Shown here: piece by piece, positions 50,602 to 59,452 of the stretch
Position numbering within the stretch: the stretch's first letter is position 1
Layout of the letters: the number at the start of each line of letters is the position of its first letter
Translations under genes and position numbers: made by a program
Notes under the pieces: generated by a model
Database searches by the model: none
The model's input: the letters and a program-made list of their open reading frames with translations, nothing else
What the model was told of the DNA's origin: nothing
IMG/VR virus record: IMGVR_UViG_3300035701_000023
Span: 4,303 to 68,302 of that record
Length of the DNA stretch: 64,000 bases
Strand: one strand, 5' to 3'
Source of the DNA: a virus

Positions 50602-51789
50602 ATGAAATGGCTTAAAATATTATTGGGATTTTCGGCAATATTGGTTGCTGGATGTGCCGCATTTTTTTCCGTAACAGGTTTAGGTTTATTATTTAGTGGT
50701 GCCGCTATGTCAGTAATGATAATGGCGGGATCACTTGAGTTTGCTAAGTTGGTTGCGGCTACCTATCTTAAACAAAAGTGGACAGAACTCAAGGGTTTCT
50801 TTAAATGGTATCTCGTTTCCGCTGTTATTATTTTAATGATAGTAACATCTGCGGGTATTTTCGGATTTTTATCAAACGCCTTCCAACAACAAAGTATTAA
50901 ATTAGATCAGGTACAAAGAGAAATTTCCGTATGGGATGTAAAAATTAAATCAAATGATGATCAGGTTAAATCCTTAACAACCCAACTATCGGCATTACAG
51001 AGTAATCAAACAACCATTATTGATAAAGGTAAAATCAATAGAACGTTATTGAGATCGGTTGACAATAGGGATAAACAAGTATCCAAGATACAAGATAAAA
51101 TTTCGGTTTATCAAGATAGTACCGTTAAATATAATCAATACATTAATAATATTAAAAATACCAATATTGGATTGGAAAAAGAAATTGGTGGATTTAGATT
51201 TGTTGCTCAGGCTTTTAATGTTGAATTGGGAACGGTTGTAAAGTTTTTTATATTATTAATCATCTTTGTTTTTGATCCATTGGCTATAGCGTTGATAGTT
51301 GCGTTTAATCAGATGTTGATGTTCAAAAAAAGAAAGGATGATGATGTAAGTGACGGTGTTAATCCTCAAGATTTAATGGGTGAAGTTTCAAGAGTTAGAT
51401 TATCTGAAGATGATCTTAGTAAATTGGAAACATTTTTAAACAGACCACCCAAACCAAATGATGATTTAAAACTCGCGGCGGATGAGTATGAAAAAAGAAT
51501 GAGAGAATATGTTGACGAACACCATGACGATAATGATGAGGATCATTCTCACAAAAATTACCCACACGATAACGAAGAGGATGATCATGGTGCGGAAATT
51601 AATGAGAGGGAAAGTTCTTTCCACCAAGCCCCCGAATTTGTTGATAAAGAGACAATAATTTCCACCGTAACCCCCGAAAAAGAAAATAATTTCCACGAAG
51701 AACCAAAAAAAGAAAAAATCTATCATAAAGAATGGCCTCATTATGAATTGAACAACAATGAGGAAAACGAGAAAAAAAATAAAACATAA
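50602..51789 (+). CDS. Membrane protein: 3 N-terminal TM helices, coiled coil, 4th TM, acidic tail
   Basis: Hydropathy pattern seen in the translation; IFVFDPLAIAL. Confidence 0.75.
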   Translation: MKWLKILLGFSAILVAGCAAFFSVTGLGLLFSGAAMSVMIMAGSLEFAKLVAATYLKQKWTELKGFFKWYLVSAVIILMIVTSAGIFGFLSNAFQQQSIKLDQVQREISVWDVKIKSNDDQVKSLTTQLSALQSNQTTIIDKGKINRTLLRSVDNRDKQVSKIQDKISVYQDSTVKYNQYINNIKNTNIGLEKEIGGFRFVAQAFNVELGTVVKFFILLIIFVFDPLAIALIVAFNQMLMFKKRKDDDVSDGVNPQDLMGEVSRVRLSEDDLSKLETFLNRPPKPNDDLKLAADEYEKRMREYVDEHHDDNDEDHSHKNYPHDNEEDDHGAEINERESSFHQAPEFVDKETIISTVTPEKENNFHEEPKKEKIYHKEWPHYELNNNEENEKKNKT

Positions 51790-51792
51790 GAT

Positions 51793-52452
51793 ATGTTGAC
51801 CATTTATGATATAGAAAGTCTAAACAACATTAAATTAAATGTTAATAAAAGAAGGACAAAAAAAACACAAATTTTCCTATATGACACTCAAAGGAGGATG
51901 GATGATTTTATTAATAAATTGAAATACCGGAATAACGGGACATATAAAGACGTGCCACACTTCATTATCTCCAAACTGGGACACATTTATCAGATATTTG
52001 ATACCAACCATTCATCGGTAACATTTGGTGATTCGAAGATCGATAATCGTTTAATAAAGATAGCCATTGAAAATCTCGGATGGTTAAATAAAAATACCAT
52101 AAATGGATTCCTTTTTAATTGGATTGGTGACCCTTACCGAGCTGAACCATGTGTTAAAGTGTGGAGAAACCATTATTACTGGGACAAATATACCGATGAA
52201 CAAATGAGTACCATATTTGAACTCTCCAATTTCCTTTTTGAGAAACACAAAATTAATAAAAAAATAGTGCCCTCTCAGGGTTTTCTCCAAAACATACAAA
52301 ATTTCGATGGGATAGTCTGTAAATCAAATTTTTCAGATATTTATACAGATATAAACCCTTCGTTTAATTTTAGATTATTCAATAATGGAGAACAAACCGA
52401 TATCAAATTACGATCTGACAAAAAAGATGTTGAACACATTAAGGAAACTTAA
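51793..52452 (+). CDS. Amidase_2/PGRP-like protein, probably catalytically degenerate
   Basis: PHFIISKLGHIYQ, IAIENLGWL, YTDEQ, TDINP; Zn-ligand His residues appear replaced. Confidence 0.65.
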   Translation: MLTIYDIESLNNIKLNVNKRRTKKTQIFLYDTQRRMDDFINKLKYRNNGTYKDVPHFIISKLGHIYQIFDTNHSSVTFGDSKIDNRLIKIAIENLGWLNKNTINGFLFNWIGDPYRAEPCVKVWRNHYYWDKYTDEQMSTIFELSNFLFEKHKINKKIVPSQGFLQNIQNFDGIVCKSNFSDIYTDINPSFNFRLFNNGEQTDIKLRSDKKDVEHIKET

Positions 52453-52951
52453 TGAGGAACAAGCATCTAAGAGAGCCCTAACTGAAGGGTATGATTTACC
52501 TGACGATATGCCCGCCAACGATAACCCTCAAGGTGGATCCGATCAAACTCCCGAATCCGTGGCGAGTGACAATGTTAAAGACAATATTACCGTTATAAAT
52601 GACGTTGACGTTAAATTACAATCCGGGGATCAAGCAGATATGCAGTTGTCGGACGAACAAAAGACAGCAATTTCAGGAATAATAGACACATTCAGACAAC
52701 AGGTTTCACAGATCGCAAGTCTTGACCCCGGATTTTCAATTAGTCCAAATCAGATTAGATTTGATGGACAGTTAACCGATTTTGATTTAAGATTCACATT
52801 TGTTGCTGGACAAGACACGGGATTATATCTAATTTCAGATATGATGTTGGTTAATCCAGATGTATTAGCAATTATAACGAAAATGGGACAGTTTGATAAG
52901 ATGTATAGGGATGCGATGGAACCATTACTAACACAAAGACAAAATAACTAA
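52385..52951 (+). CDS. Hypothetical, probable head-associated protein
   Basis: N-terminal KKMLNTLRKLNEE propeptide-like segment; acidic linker. Confidence 0.65.
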   Translation: MENKPISNYDLTKKMLNTLRKLNEEQASKRALTEGYDLPDDMPANDNPQGGSDQTPESVASDNVKDNITVINDVDVKLQSGDQADMQLSDEQKTAISGIIDTFRQQVSQIASLDPGFSISPNQIRFDGQLTDFDLRFTFVAGQDTGLYLISDMMLVNPDVLAIITKMGQFDKMYRDAMEPLLTQRQNN

Positions 52952-52953
52952 TA

Positions 52954-53193
52954 ATGCCGTTAACAGCTCAGGATAAAAGTGAAATTAGAAGTATGATAAA
53001 GAAAGAGGTAAAAAACTTTCTTGATACAACTCAGGCTCACAATGTCGTTATCAAAGTTATTCAAAAAGAACTTGGAACAAGGAATATTGATGATAAAATC
53101 GTTGAACTATCAACCAAAGTTGTTGTTGAATTGTTTAAGACATTGTGGCAGAGAAAATCGTTCTGGGAAGGAGCAATTAAAAACGTTAGATAA
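52954..53193 (+). CDS. Hypothetical protein
   Basis: 79 aa, tightly packed in operon; LFKTLWQRKSFW. Confidence 0.7.
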   Translation: MPLTAQDKSEIRSMIKKEVKNFLDTTQAHNVVIKVIQKELGTRNIDDKIVELSTKVVVELFKTLWQRKSFWEGAIKNVR

Positions 53194-53852
53194 TGGAAAA
53201 AGGATTAAAATCATTAAGAGATAGATTAGATTTTCTAGAATTTTCATTATCCAACACCGTCGATCCGATAAATGTAATACATATAGAGGGACAAATGAAA
53301 GAGGTTAAGAATAAAATAGAAAAAATAAAAAAGAATAATAAAATGGGTGGGTTAAAAGATAAACATAAGGAAAAAAAAGTGGAGAAATCTGAACCTAAAG
53401 AACAAACAATGGCCGATTCTTCTGGTTCGTTTGAATCTCCAATGAGCGCCCCCATTACAAAAAGAAAAATCTACCAACAACACAATTCCAAAAAATATGG
53501 TAAACAGCAGGATGTTGATGAGGTAACGGACGCATCATCATCTGGATCGTTTGATGTTCCATTTGGTGGTGGAACGAAAGGGCGTAAAGATCCATTAAAA
53601 ATTGATGGGGTTAAGAGTATTGCGAACTGTATGGCCGTAAAAAAGAAAAACTTTCCAAAGTGGGGTGGTCCCGGTGGAACATTCATCAAGATTAAGGAGA
53701 AATGTAAGAAGTTCCCCTATTGTAATCAGGGTGACATCAACGCTATTGAACCACTACGTGAGGCGATCGCTGAAACAGCAAAAGAATATGGTTTATCGAT
53801 TGGTGAGGTGGAGAATCTTGTGTTAAACGAGATTAAACGAATATTTATCTAA
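53193..53852 (+). CDS. Hypothetical, probable head-internal protein
   Basis: Internal repeat ExTxxxSSGSFxxP twice; KCKKFPYCNQG. Confidence 0.65.
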   Translation: MEKGLKSLRDRLDFLEFSLSNTVDPINVIHIEGQMKEVKNKIEKIKKNNKMGGLKDKHKEKKVEKSEPKEQTMADSSGSFESPMSAPITKRKIYQQHNSKKYGKQQDVDEVTDASSSGSFDVPFGGGTKGRKDPLKIDGVKSIANCMAVKKKNFPKWGGPGGTFIKIKEKCKKFPYCNQGDINAIEPLREAIAETAKEYGLSIGEVENLVLNEIKRIFI

Positions 53853-53853
53853 T

Positions 53854-55263
53854 ATGAAACCAAAAGAATTAAATGATTTTATTAATAGTATCGTTGCCGA
53901 AGAGGTAAAAAATACGATATTAGAAGAATCTATGGAGGGTGGAAAGAAGGTTTACCACATTAAAAGTGAAAATGAGCCTGTTGATACCTTTGATACTCCT
54001 GAAGAAGCTTATCATCATTTAGATCTTTATAAAAAAGACCACCCCGGTAAACAATTTATTATTGAGAAGGGGATATATGAATCCCATTCCGATATGATTG
54101 AGAAATTAGACGCTATGGGTGAACAAATTGAACAAAACGAATCAAACAACATGAAAAAATCTCCAGTTAAGGTAAAAAGTATTGCTGAGGCAATATTACA
54201 CGCTAAAGAAAACGGAATCAAGAAAGTTAGAATAAACGAAGAAGTATTTGACGTTGCTGAGGCATGGGAAGAAATGGAAAAACAGGAAGGTAAGGAAGAA
54301 GAAATGAGTGAGAATGATGACTTCGCTTCAAAAAAATGGGGGGTTAACCATAAAAAATCAACCGCTGGAATGCCTGAACTTCCTGAAAAGAATCCGTGGG
54401 ATGAAAAGGAAGAAGATGGTGGTGATGAAAAAAAAGAACCAAAAAAAGGTGTTGATCTTGGTAAGTCATTTGAAAAATTTAAAAAAGAAACAAAAGAGGA
54501 AGAAGAATGTGATGAGTGTGGAGGAGAGGAAATAAGCGAGGCTGTTTGTGAAAAATGTGGTAAAGAACCATGTGAGTGTGTCGTTAAAGAATCAAAAAAG
54601 AAAAGTGTTAGAATAACCGAAGCCCAACTCATCAATGTAATTTCAAACATTGTAAAAGAATCATCAGAAAGTATTCCGGGTGTTTCAGTAACTAAGAAGG
54701 CGCAGGCGGGGTCTAAGAAAGAGAATGACGCAAATGCCACAGCGGTAGGAAAGAAGATGAAAGATTATCTATCATTTGACGGTAATGACAATCCAGAATT
54801 CCCTAAACAGATCGGTAAAGGAGAAAAAATTGCGATTAATAATACTAAAGAAGAAGAAAGTGTGGTTGATGATAATAGAGGAAGGGGTCCAGAAAATTTA
54901 GTATATGATCAGGAGCCATCCAAAAAATTTAAAGAAAGAATGAAAGGTTCATTGGAAGGAGATACGAAGATGGGCAATTCAACAGACTCAACAAAAATTC
55001 AAAAAAAGGATATAACAAATGGTGGAGATGTGGGTGACACGATGGATGGTAATGGAACAACAATTAAAACCGACACCGGTAAAAAAATTAATAAATTAAT
55101 ACCAACGAAGGAAAAGGAAAAGAAAGAAGAACCAAGATATAAAAAAGAACCAGTACCAGTTAAGGTTGTAAAAGAATCCACAGGTATTAAGTTCTCTACA
55201 TTAGTTGAAGAAGAATTGGTAAGAATGAACAGGCTAACAAAATACAATAATAAAACTCAATAA
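53854..55263 (+). CDS. Highly charged probable head-internal/core protein
   Basis: Glu/Lys-rich; many (I/L/V)xE sites; CDECG and CEKCGKEPCEC; TATTTAT 53842-53848. Confidence 0.65.
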   Translation: MKPKELNDFINSIVAEEVKNTILEESMEGGKKVYHIKSENEPVDTFDTPEEAYHHLDLYKKDHPGKQFIIEKGIYESHSDMIEKLDAMGEQIEQNESNNMKKSPVKVKSIAEAILHAKENGIKKVRINEEVFDVAEAWEEMEKQEGKEEEMSENDDFASKKWGVNHKKSTAGMPELPEKNPWDEKEEDGGDEKKEPKKGVDLGKSFEKFKKETKEEEECDECGGEEISEAVCEKCGKEPCECVVKESKKKSVRITEAQLINVISNIVKESSESIPGVSVTKKAQAGSKKENDANATAVGKKMKDYLSFDGNDNPEFPKQIGKGEKIAINNTKEEESVVDDNRGRGPENLVYDQEPSKKFKERMKGSLEGDTKMGNSTDSTKIQKKDITNGGDVGDTMDGNGTTIKTDTGKKINKLIPTKEKEKKEEPRYKKEPVPVKVVKESTGIKFSTLVEEELVRMNRLTKYNNKTQ

Positions 55264-55310
55264 TTTCTTTTTTTTAAATCCTTTTATATGTATATTAGTG
55301 ATGATAGATT

Positions 55311-55766
55311 ATGGAAAATAAACAGGATTATATTGAGCACATTTCACCAGATAATTATAAGAAGCAAATAGAAGTTTGGTATCGGGCATATAATATCAGT
55401 CGTGAGAAAACAGAACTTTTTCACGACTTTCTTATTTCCATATGTGAGTTGGTTAATAATACCTTTCTTGGAAAAGAAGTTATGGAATATGAAGAAGACC
55501 AAAAAAATCATTTTAATTGGTGTTGGGATAAAAATATAACCAATTTTGCCAAGGAAAAGATTTTCTTTAAAAACAGAGGTAATCTTCATGAGTATTTCTG
55601 GAATTTCTTTCTGGAAGGATACTATTTTCCGAAAATGGAAGATACCCCCATTAAATTGATGGATTATTTTACAAAACTATTTGATTTTAACTACATTAAG
55701 TCCAGATCTGAACTCGATGTTGTTATGGAAATTTACAAATTATTAGAACAAAACTTGAAAAAGTGA
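55311..55766 (+). CDS. Hypothetical protein
   Basis: 151 aa, aromatic-rich; TATATTAG element upstream. Confidence 0.7.
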   Translation: MENKQDYIEHISPDNYKKQIEVWYRAYNISREKTELFHDFLISICELVNNTFLGKEVMEYEEDQKNHFNWCWDKNITNFAKEKIFFKNRGNLHEYFWNFFLEGYYFPKMEDTPIKLMDYFTKLFDFNYIKSRSELDVVMEIYKLLEQNLKK

Positions 55767-55785
55767 TTTTTATTCCATATATTAA
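55754..55785 (+). promoter_or_regulatory. Host-type (early/middle) promoter
   Basis: CTTG-N20-TATATTAA upstream of the Hc1-like gene. Confidence 0.45.
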
Positions 55786-55803
55786 TATCAAAAACTGAAT
55801 ATT

Positions 55804-56016
55804 ATGGAATCATTAAAAACTATAAAAGAATTGGTGGAAAAGATGTCCGTCGACACCAATAAGGTTTATCTAAAAGGTAATAGAAGCGCATCCATCAGGG
55901 CAAGAAAATATGCTCAAGAGATCAAAGATCTCATAAAAACATTTCGTAAGGATATTTTAGAAGAAATGAAGAAACACGATACAAAAAAAGTAGTAAACCA
56001 TGATGGTGGAAATTAA
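55804..56016 (+). CDS. Histone H1-like (Hc1 family) small basic protein
   Basis: KGNRSASIRARKYAQEIKDLIKTFRK matches the GNKxAxxRARK...R Hc1 motif found in Bacteroidota and Chlamydia. Confidence 0.8.
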   Translation: MESLKTIKELVEKMSVDTNKVYLKGNRSASIRARKYAQEIKDLIKTFRKDILEEMKKHDTKKVVNHDGGN

Positions 56017-56179
56017 ATTATTTCTTTTTATATTAAGTTGCTTATATTCTTTAAAATATATTGTTCAATTTATTGTAAGATTAAAGGAACCAGACCCTAA
56101 ACCAATTGTTATTAACAATGTTTCTCAGGTATTATTATATCTTGGGGTGGCATATATAATAACATTTATATTAACTTAA
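56000..56179 (+). CDS. Small two-TM membrane protein (59 aa, below track cutoff)
   Basis: MMVEIKLFLFILSCLYSLKYIVQFIVRLKEPDPKPIVINNVSQVLLYLGVAYIITFILT; fills the gap between neighbouring genes. Confidence 0.7.
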   Translation: MMVEIKLFLFILSCLYSLKYIVQFIVRLKEPDPKPIVINNVSQVLLYLGVAYIITFILT

Positions 56180-56183
56180 TTTT

Positions 56184-56678
56184 GTGTACGAAAGTATAAA
56201 ACAATTACAACCGTATTTTTATTCTCTCCGGGAGATAAATAATAAAGTCAGTTTAGATATTAAACTTCCATTATCTTGGAAGTATGATGCCATTGTTTTT
56301 CCATATAAAGGAATAAACACACAAGTACAGGACAAGAACGATAAGTTTAATTTATTGTCTCTAATATCTGTAACAACAAAGGAAGGATATGATATGGTTT
56401 TAGCGTGTGCCACGGAAATAATATCAGTTAATAAGGATGAAGAAGAAAAACGAAAACTTTATGACTTAAAGATAAAAGAACTTAATTCATTTTTTGAACA
56501 AAAAGTCAACGAATTAAAAACATTATTTCAGAGTCAATCGCTAGAAGCATTAAAGGAATTAAATTATAAACCAGAAAATGAACGAGAAGATACACATAAC
56601 CCAAGCGTTGGATTGGTTGAACAAGGAGATAAAGAAGGACGAGAAGCAAGTACAGAAGAACAAGGAAAGAATGATTAA
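56184..56678 (+). CDS. Hypothetical protein with coiled-coil C-terminus
   Basis: GTG start; 164 aa. Confidence 0.7.
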   Translation: MYESIKQLQPYFYSLREINNKVSLDIKLPLSWKYDAIVFPYKGINTQVQDKNDKFNLLSLISVTTKEGYDMVLACATEIISVNKDEEEKRKLYDLKIKELNSFFEQKVNELKTLFQSQSLEALKELNYKPENEREDTHNPSVGLVEQGDKEGREASTEEQGKND

Positions 56679-56775
56679 TGAAATTAAGACGTTGGATAAA
56701 AACGAGATGTTTCCAACTCCAAAAAAAATATCATTCTTGGATAAGGTCTTTAAAATATTTGGCATAAAACAATGA
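56578..56775 (+). CDS. Hypothetical small protein
   Basis: 65 aa with amphipathic C-terminal SFLDKVFKIFG; ATGA overlap with the next gene. Confidence 0.6.
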   Translation: MNEKIHITQALDWLNKEIKKDEKQVQKNKERMINEIKTLDKNEMFPTPKKISFLDKVFKIFGIKQ

Positions 56776-57065
56776 GGGAAATTCTAATGAGAAGGGAAAT
56801 TATAAGATTTAAACGGTATATTGAACAATATTTAATTCATCATCTATTTGACATAATTAATATGGATGACATTAATGGTGAAATAAGTAACATGTTTGAG
56901 TTTGAAAAAATAGAGGGGGTATATAGAGATTCACCAGATGGATATCAAACCTATACGTTTTATATTCAACCAGCTGTTGCTGTTGAACATATTGTTATTG
57001 ATTTTACAATTGTGTCAAGTGGAATTATCAATAATCCTATTGATAATTTTAAGTATTTAAAATAA
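56772..57065 (+). CDS. Free-standing tail-sheath C-terminal-domain-like small protein
   Basis: RREIIRFKRYIEQYLIHHLFD and FYIQPAVAVEHIVIDFTIVSSG align without gaps to the sheath's RRLLLRARKLISAVSVRLLFD and IYIKPTRSLEFIELEFIVTPTG. Confidence 0.6.
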   Translation: MREILMRREIIRFKRYIEQYLIHHLFDIINMDDINGEISNMFEFEKIEGVYRDSPDGYQTYTFYIQPAVAVEHIVIDFTIVSSGIINNPIDNFKYLK

Positions 57066-57072
57066 AGTAATC

Positions 57073-57306
57073 ATGGAAAAGAAAGGCGACCCATTAAATC
57101 AATTGGCAATCATATCAGATCTTATTGAAAGATTAAATATCAACTCAGATTCAAACACTTTGGTTATTGGATTAAATAAAGTTGAATTCACTAAAGTATT
57201 TGATTTGATTCAAAAAAAATATGATAAGAAAACTGAGGCACCCGAAGACACGTTTAAATTAACAATAGGTGCTCTTGAGATTATCTTTAATATGAATAAT
57301 GTCTAA
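57073..57306 (+). CDS. Hypothetical protein
   Basis: 77 aa, converging on the minus-strand gene. Confidence 0.65.
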   Translation: MEKKGDPLNQLAIISDLIERLNINSDSNTLVIGLNKVEFTKVFDLIQKKYDKKTEAPEDTFKLTIGALEIIFNMNNV

Positions 57307-57925
57307 ACAACTCAGTTCTCTTAAATCCTTTAGACTCTAATAAATTATATAGTTGTTTTCTTTGGTAGGTAGTAACATCTTTTACGAATATAAAATTACC
57401 TCTTTTTTTTCTTGTAACCTCATCTTTAACAATTTCAAATAATCTTTCAGTATCGGCAATGTTTTTATTACCAAATAAGAGTATATCATTTTCGACCTGA
57501 ACAAATAATTTATTATTTAGTGTGAATATTTGGGCAATGTCATTTATTTTTAAGATTTGTTCCATCATAACATGATAACGGATTCTTTTTTTCTTTTGAA
57601 AATCGTAAACTAACTCCTCTTCCCAATATGGAATGATTTCCTTGATTCTGAATTTATTATTTTCAATTATTGCCTCTGTTAATCTACCTAAACTATCCCG
57701 AACATAAGTTTTAGTTGCCCATCTGTTATTGGGAAATATTAATGAGAGTTCATAAATGAGTTCTTGTTTTCTTTTATTACCTTGTAATTTTATATATAAG
57801 GGTTTTTTTTGTGTTTTAAACTCTCTCCAATATTCATATACGGTTGTTCTTCTCATACACCGGTACAATATCCTAACTCTCTTCTTGTTACAGAAAAGAA
57901 CAATAAAATATTTACCATTTTTCAT
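57287..57925 (-). CDS. Basic hypothetical protein (minus strand)
   Basis: 212-aa ORF with no competing + strand ORF. Confidence 0.8.
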   Translation of the reverse strand: MKNGKYFIVLFCNKKRVRILYRCMRRTTVYEYWREFKTQKKPLYIKLQGNKRKQELIYELSLIFPNNRWATKTYVRDSLGRLTEAIIENNKFRIKEIIPYWEEELVYDFQKKKRIRYHVMMEQILKINDIAQIFTLNNKLFVQVENDILLFGNKNIADTERLFEIVKDEVTRKKRGNFIFVKDVTTYQRKQLYNLLESKGFKRTELFRHYSY

Positions 57926-58083
57926 AATAATTTAATTAAAGAATAAATTCCGTATATTGCTAAGAGTGACCATATTATAACGAACCAAACCACTCCCCAA
58001 CTAAGGGTTGGTACATTATTAGAGATTTCCCTCTCCATCCTCTCCCTGAATTTATCTTTCTTTTTACAATCTGAACATCCCAT
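57922..58083 (-). CDS. Small CxxC membrane protein (53 aa, below track cutoff)
   Basis: MGCSDCKKKDKFRERMEREISNNVPTLSWGVVWFVIIWSLLAIYGIYSLIKLL; ATGA overlap with 57287-57925; TACTTAT 8 nt upstream. Confidence 0.75.
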   Translation of the reverse strand: MGCSDCKKKDKFRERMEREISNNVPTLSWGVVWFVIIWSLLAIYGIYSLIKLL

Positions 58084-58121
58084 AGTATAATATAAGTATT
58101 TTTTTTATATTTTCCAACCAA

Positions 58122-58153
58122 TTTCTTTTTTTGGTTTTTTTTATGTATATTTT
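58122..58153 (+). promoter_or_regulatory. Host-type (early/middle) promoter
   Basis: TTTC-N20-TATATTTT with T-rich spacer, just upstream of the Nudix ATG. Confidence 0.45.
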
Positions 58154-58158
58154 TTCAT

Positions 58159-58587
58159 ATGAAATACGTGTCGGGGTTTATGTTTAATAGGGATAGGTCT
58201 GAGGTGGCGTTGATTAAAAAAAATCGCCCAGAATGGCAGAAAGGGTTTTTAAACGCCATCGGGGGTAAAATAGAAGAGGGAGAACATGAAATAAACGCAA
58301 TGTGTAGAGAGTTTGAGGAGGAGACGGGGTTAAAAACGTATTACTATGACTGGAAGTATCTTATAAAGTTAATTAATAAAAATCCAGACTGGGAAGTTCA
58401 ATTTTTTAAGGGTAATGTCGAGGATTTTAGTCAAATCAAATCAATCACAGACGAAGAGGTTGTTATTATTAATGTTTCAAACTTAGAGAACGAAAAAGTG
58501 ATACCAAATCTTCATTGGTTAATTAAAATGTGTTTAGATGATGAGGTTGTTGGTGGCAATATTACAAATAAATCAAAAATAAAATAA
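58159..58587 (+). CDS. Nudix hydrolase
   Basis: Nudix box GGKIEEGEHEINAMCREFEEETGL. Confidence 0.92.
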   Translation: MKYVSGFMFNRDRSEVALIKKNRPEWQKGFLNAIGGKIEEGEHEINAMCREFEEETGLKTYYYDWKYLIKLINKNPDWEVQFFKGNVEDFSQIKSITDEEVVIINVSNLENEKVIPNLHWLIKMCLDDEVVGGNITNKSKIK

Positions 58588-58588
58588 A

Positions 58589-59431
58589 ATGATTTCATAT
58601 ATTGGTGGAAAGGCTAGAATCGGCAAATGGATCGTTCCATTTATCCCAAAAGATATAGAAACGTATGTAGAGGGGTTTTCAGGGATGTTCTGGGTCTTCT
58701 TTAATATGAACCTTATGGACTATCCAAATTTAAAAACGGTCATTTATAACGACTTTAATGGTCTTAACGCGAATCTTATGAAGTGTTCCCTTCAATATGA
58801 AAGATTGTGGGAAGAATTGAACAAATATCCTTGTCAACAGCTCGGAGTAGTCGACACCCCTAAAGAATATGGTGAATTATTCAGAACGTGTCAAAAAGAG
58901 GTTTTTGATCCGGGGTTTGTGGTTGGGGATGAACCAAATTTTGATGCTGCGGGTAAATATGTATATGTTTTAACACAGGTGTTTTCAGGATCTAAACCAG
59001 AAACCTCTACCTATACTGATTATAAGGGAAAATACCGTTGCAAGGTTCTTATTTTTATGGATAAGTTAAAACATCCCGAATATAGGAAACATTTTGATAA
59101 AATAACATTTGTGGAGAATAAAGATTTTGAAGAGGTGGTTGAAAAATACGATTCACCAACAACTTATTTTTATATGGACCCACCCTATTGGAAAACCGAA
59201 AATTATTATTCAAATCATGATTTTGATGCAAAGGATCACGAGAGATTAATTAATTGTTTAAAAAATATGAAAGGAAAGTTTGGTTTGTCTTATTATGAAT
59301 TCCCCAAACTTTTAGAATGGTTACCGAAGGATCTTTATCATTGGGAACAGAAAAATTTCAAGAAGGCGGCCGCAGCCAAGAAAGACGGGACGCAAAATGA
59401 GGGAACTGAATTGTTAATTATGAATTATTAA
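58589..59431 (+). CDS. DNA adenine methyltransferase (Dam/D12 class)
   Basis: SYIGGK, YVEGFSG, IYNDFN, FYMDPPY, ELLIMNY. Confidence 0.9.
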   Translation: MISYIGGKARIGKWIVPFIPKDIETYVEGFSGMFWVFFNMNLMDYPNLKTVIYNDFNGLNANLMKCSLQYERLWEELNKYPCQQLGVVDTPKEYGELFRTCQKEVFDPGFVVGDEPNFDAAGKYVYVLTQVFSGSKPETSTYTDYKGKYRCKVLIFMDKLKHPEYRKHFDKITFVENKDFEEVVEKYDSPTTYFYMDPPYWKTENYYSNHDFDAKDHERLINCLKNMKGKFGLSYYEFPKLLEWLPKDLYHWEQKNFKKAAAAKKDGTQNEGTELLIMNY

Positions 59432-59452
59432 TTGGTATTTATATAAAAAAGA

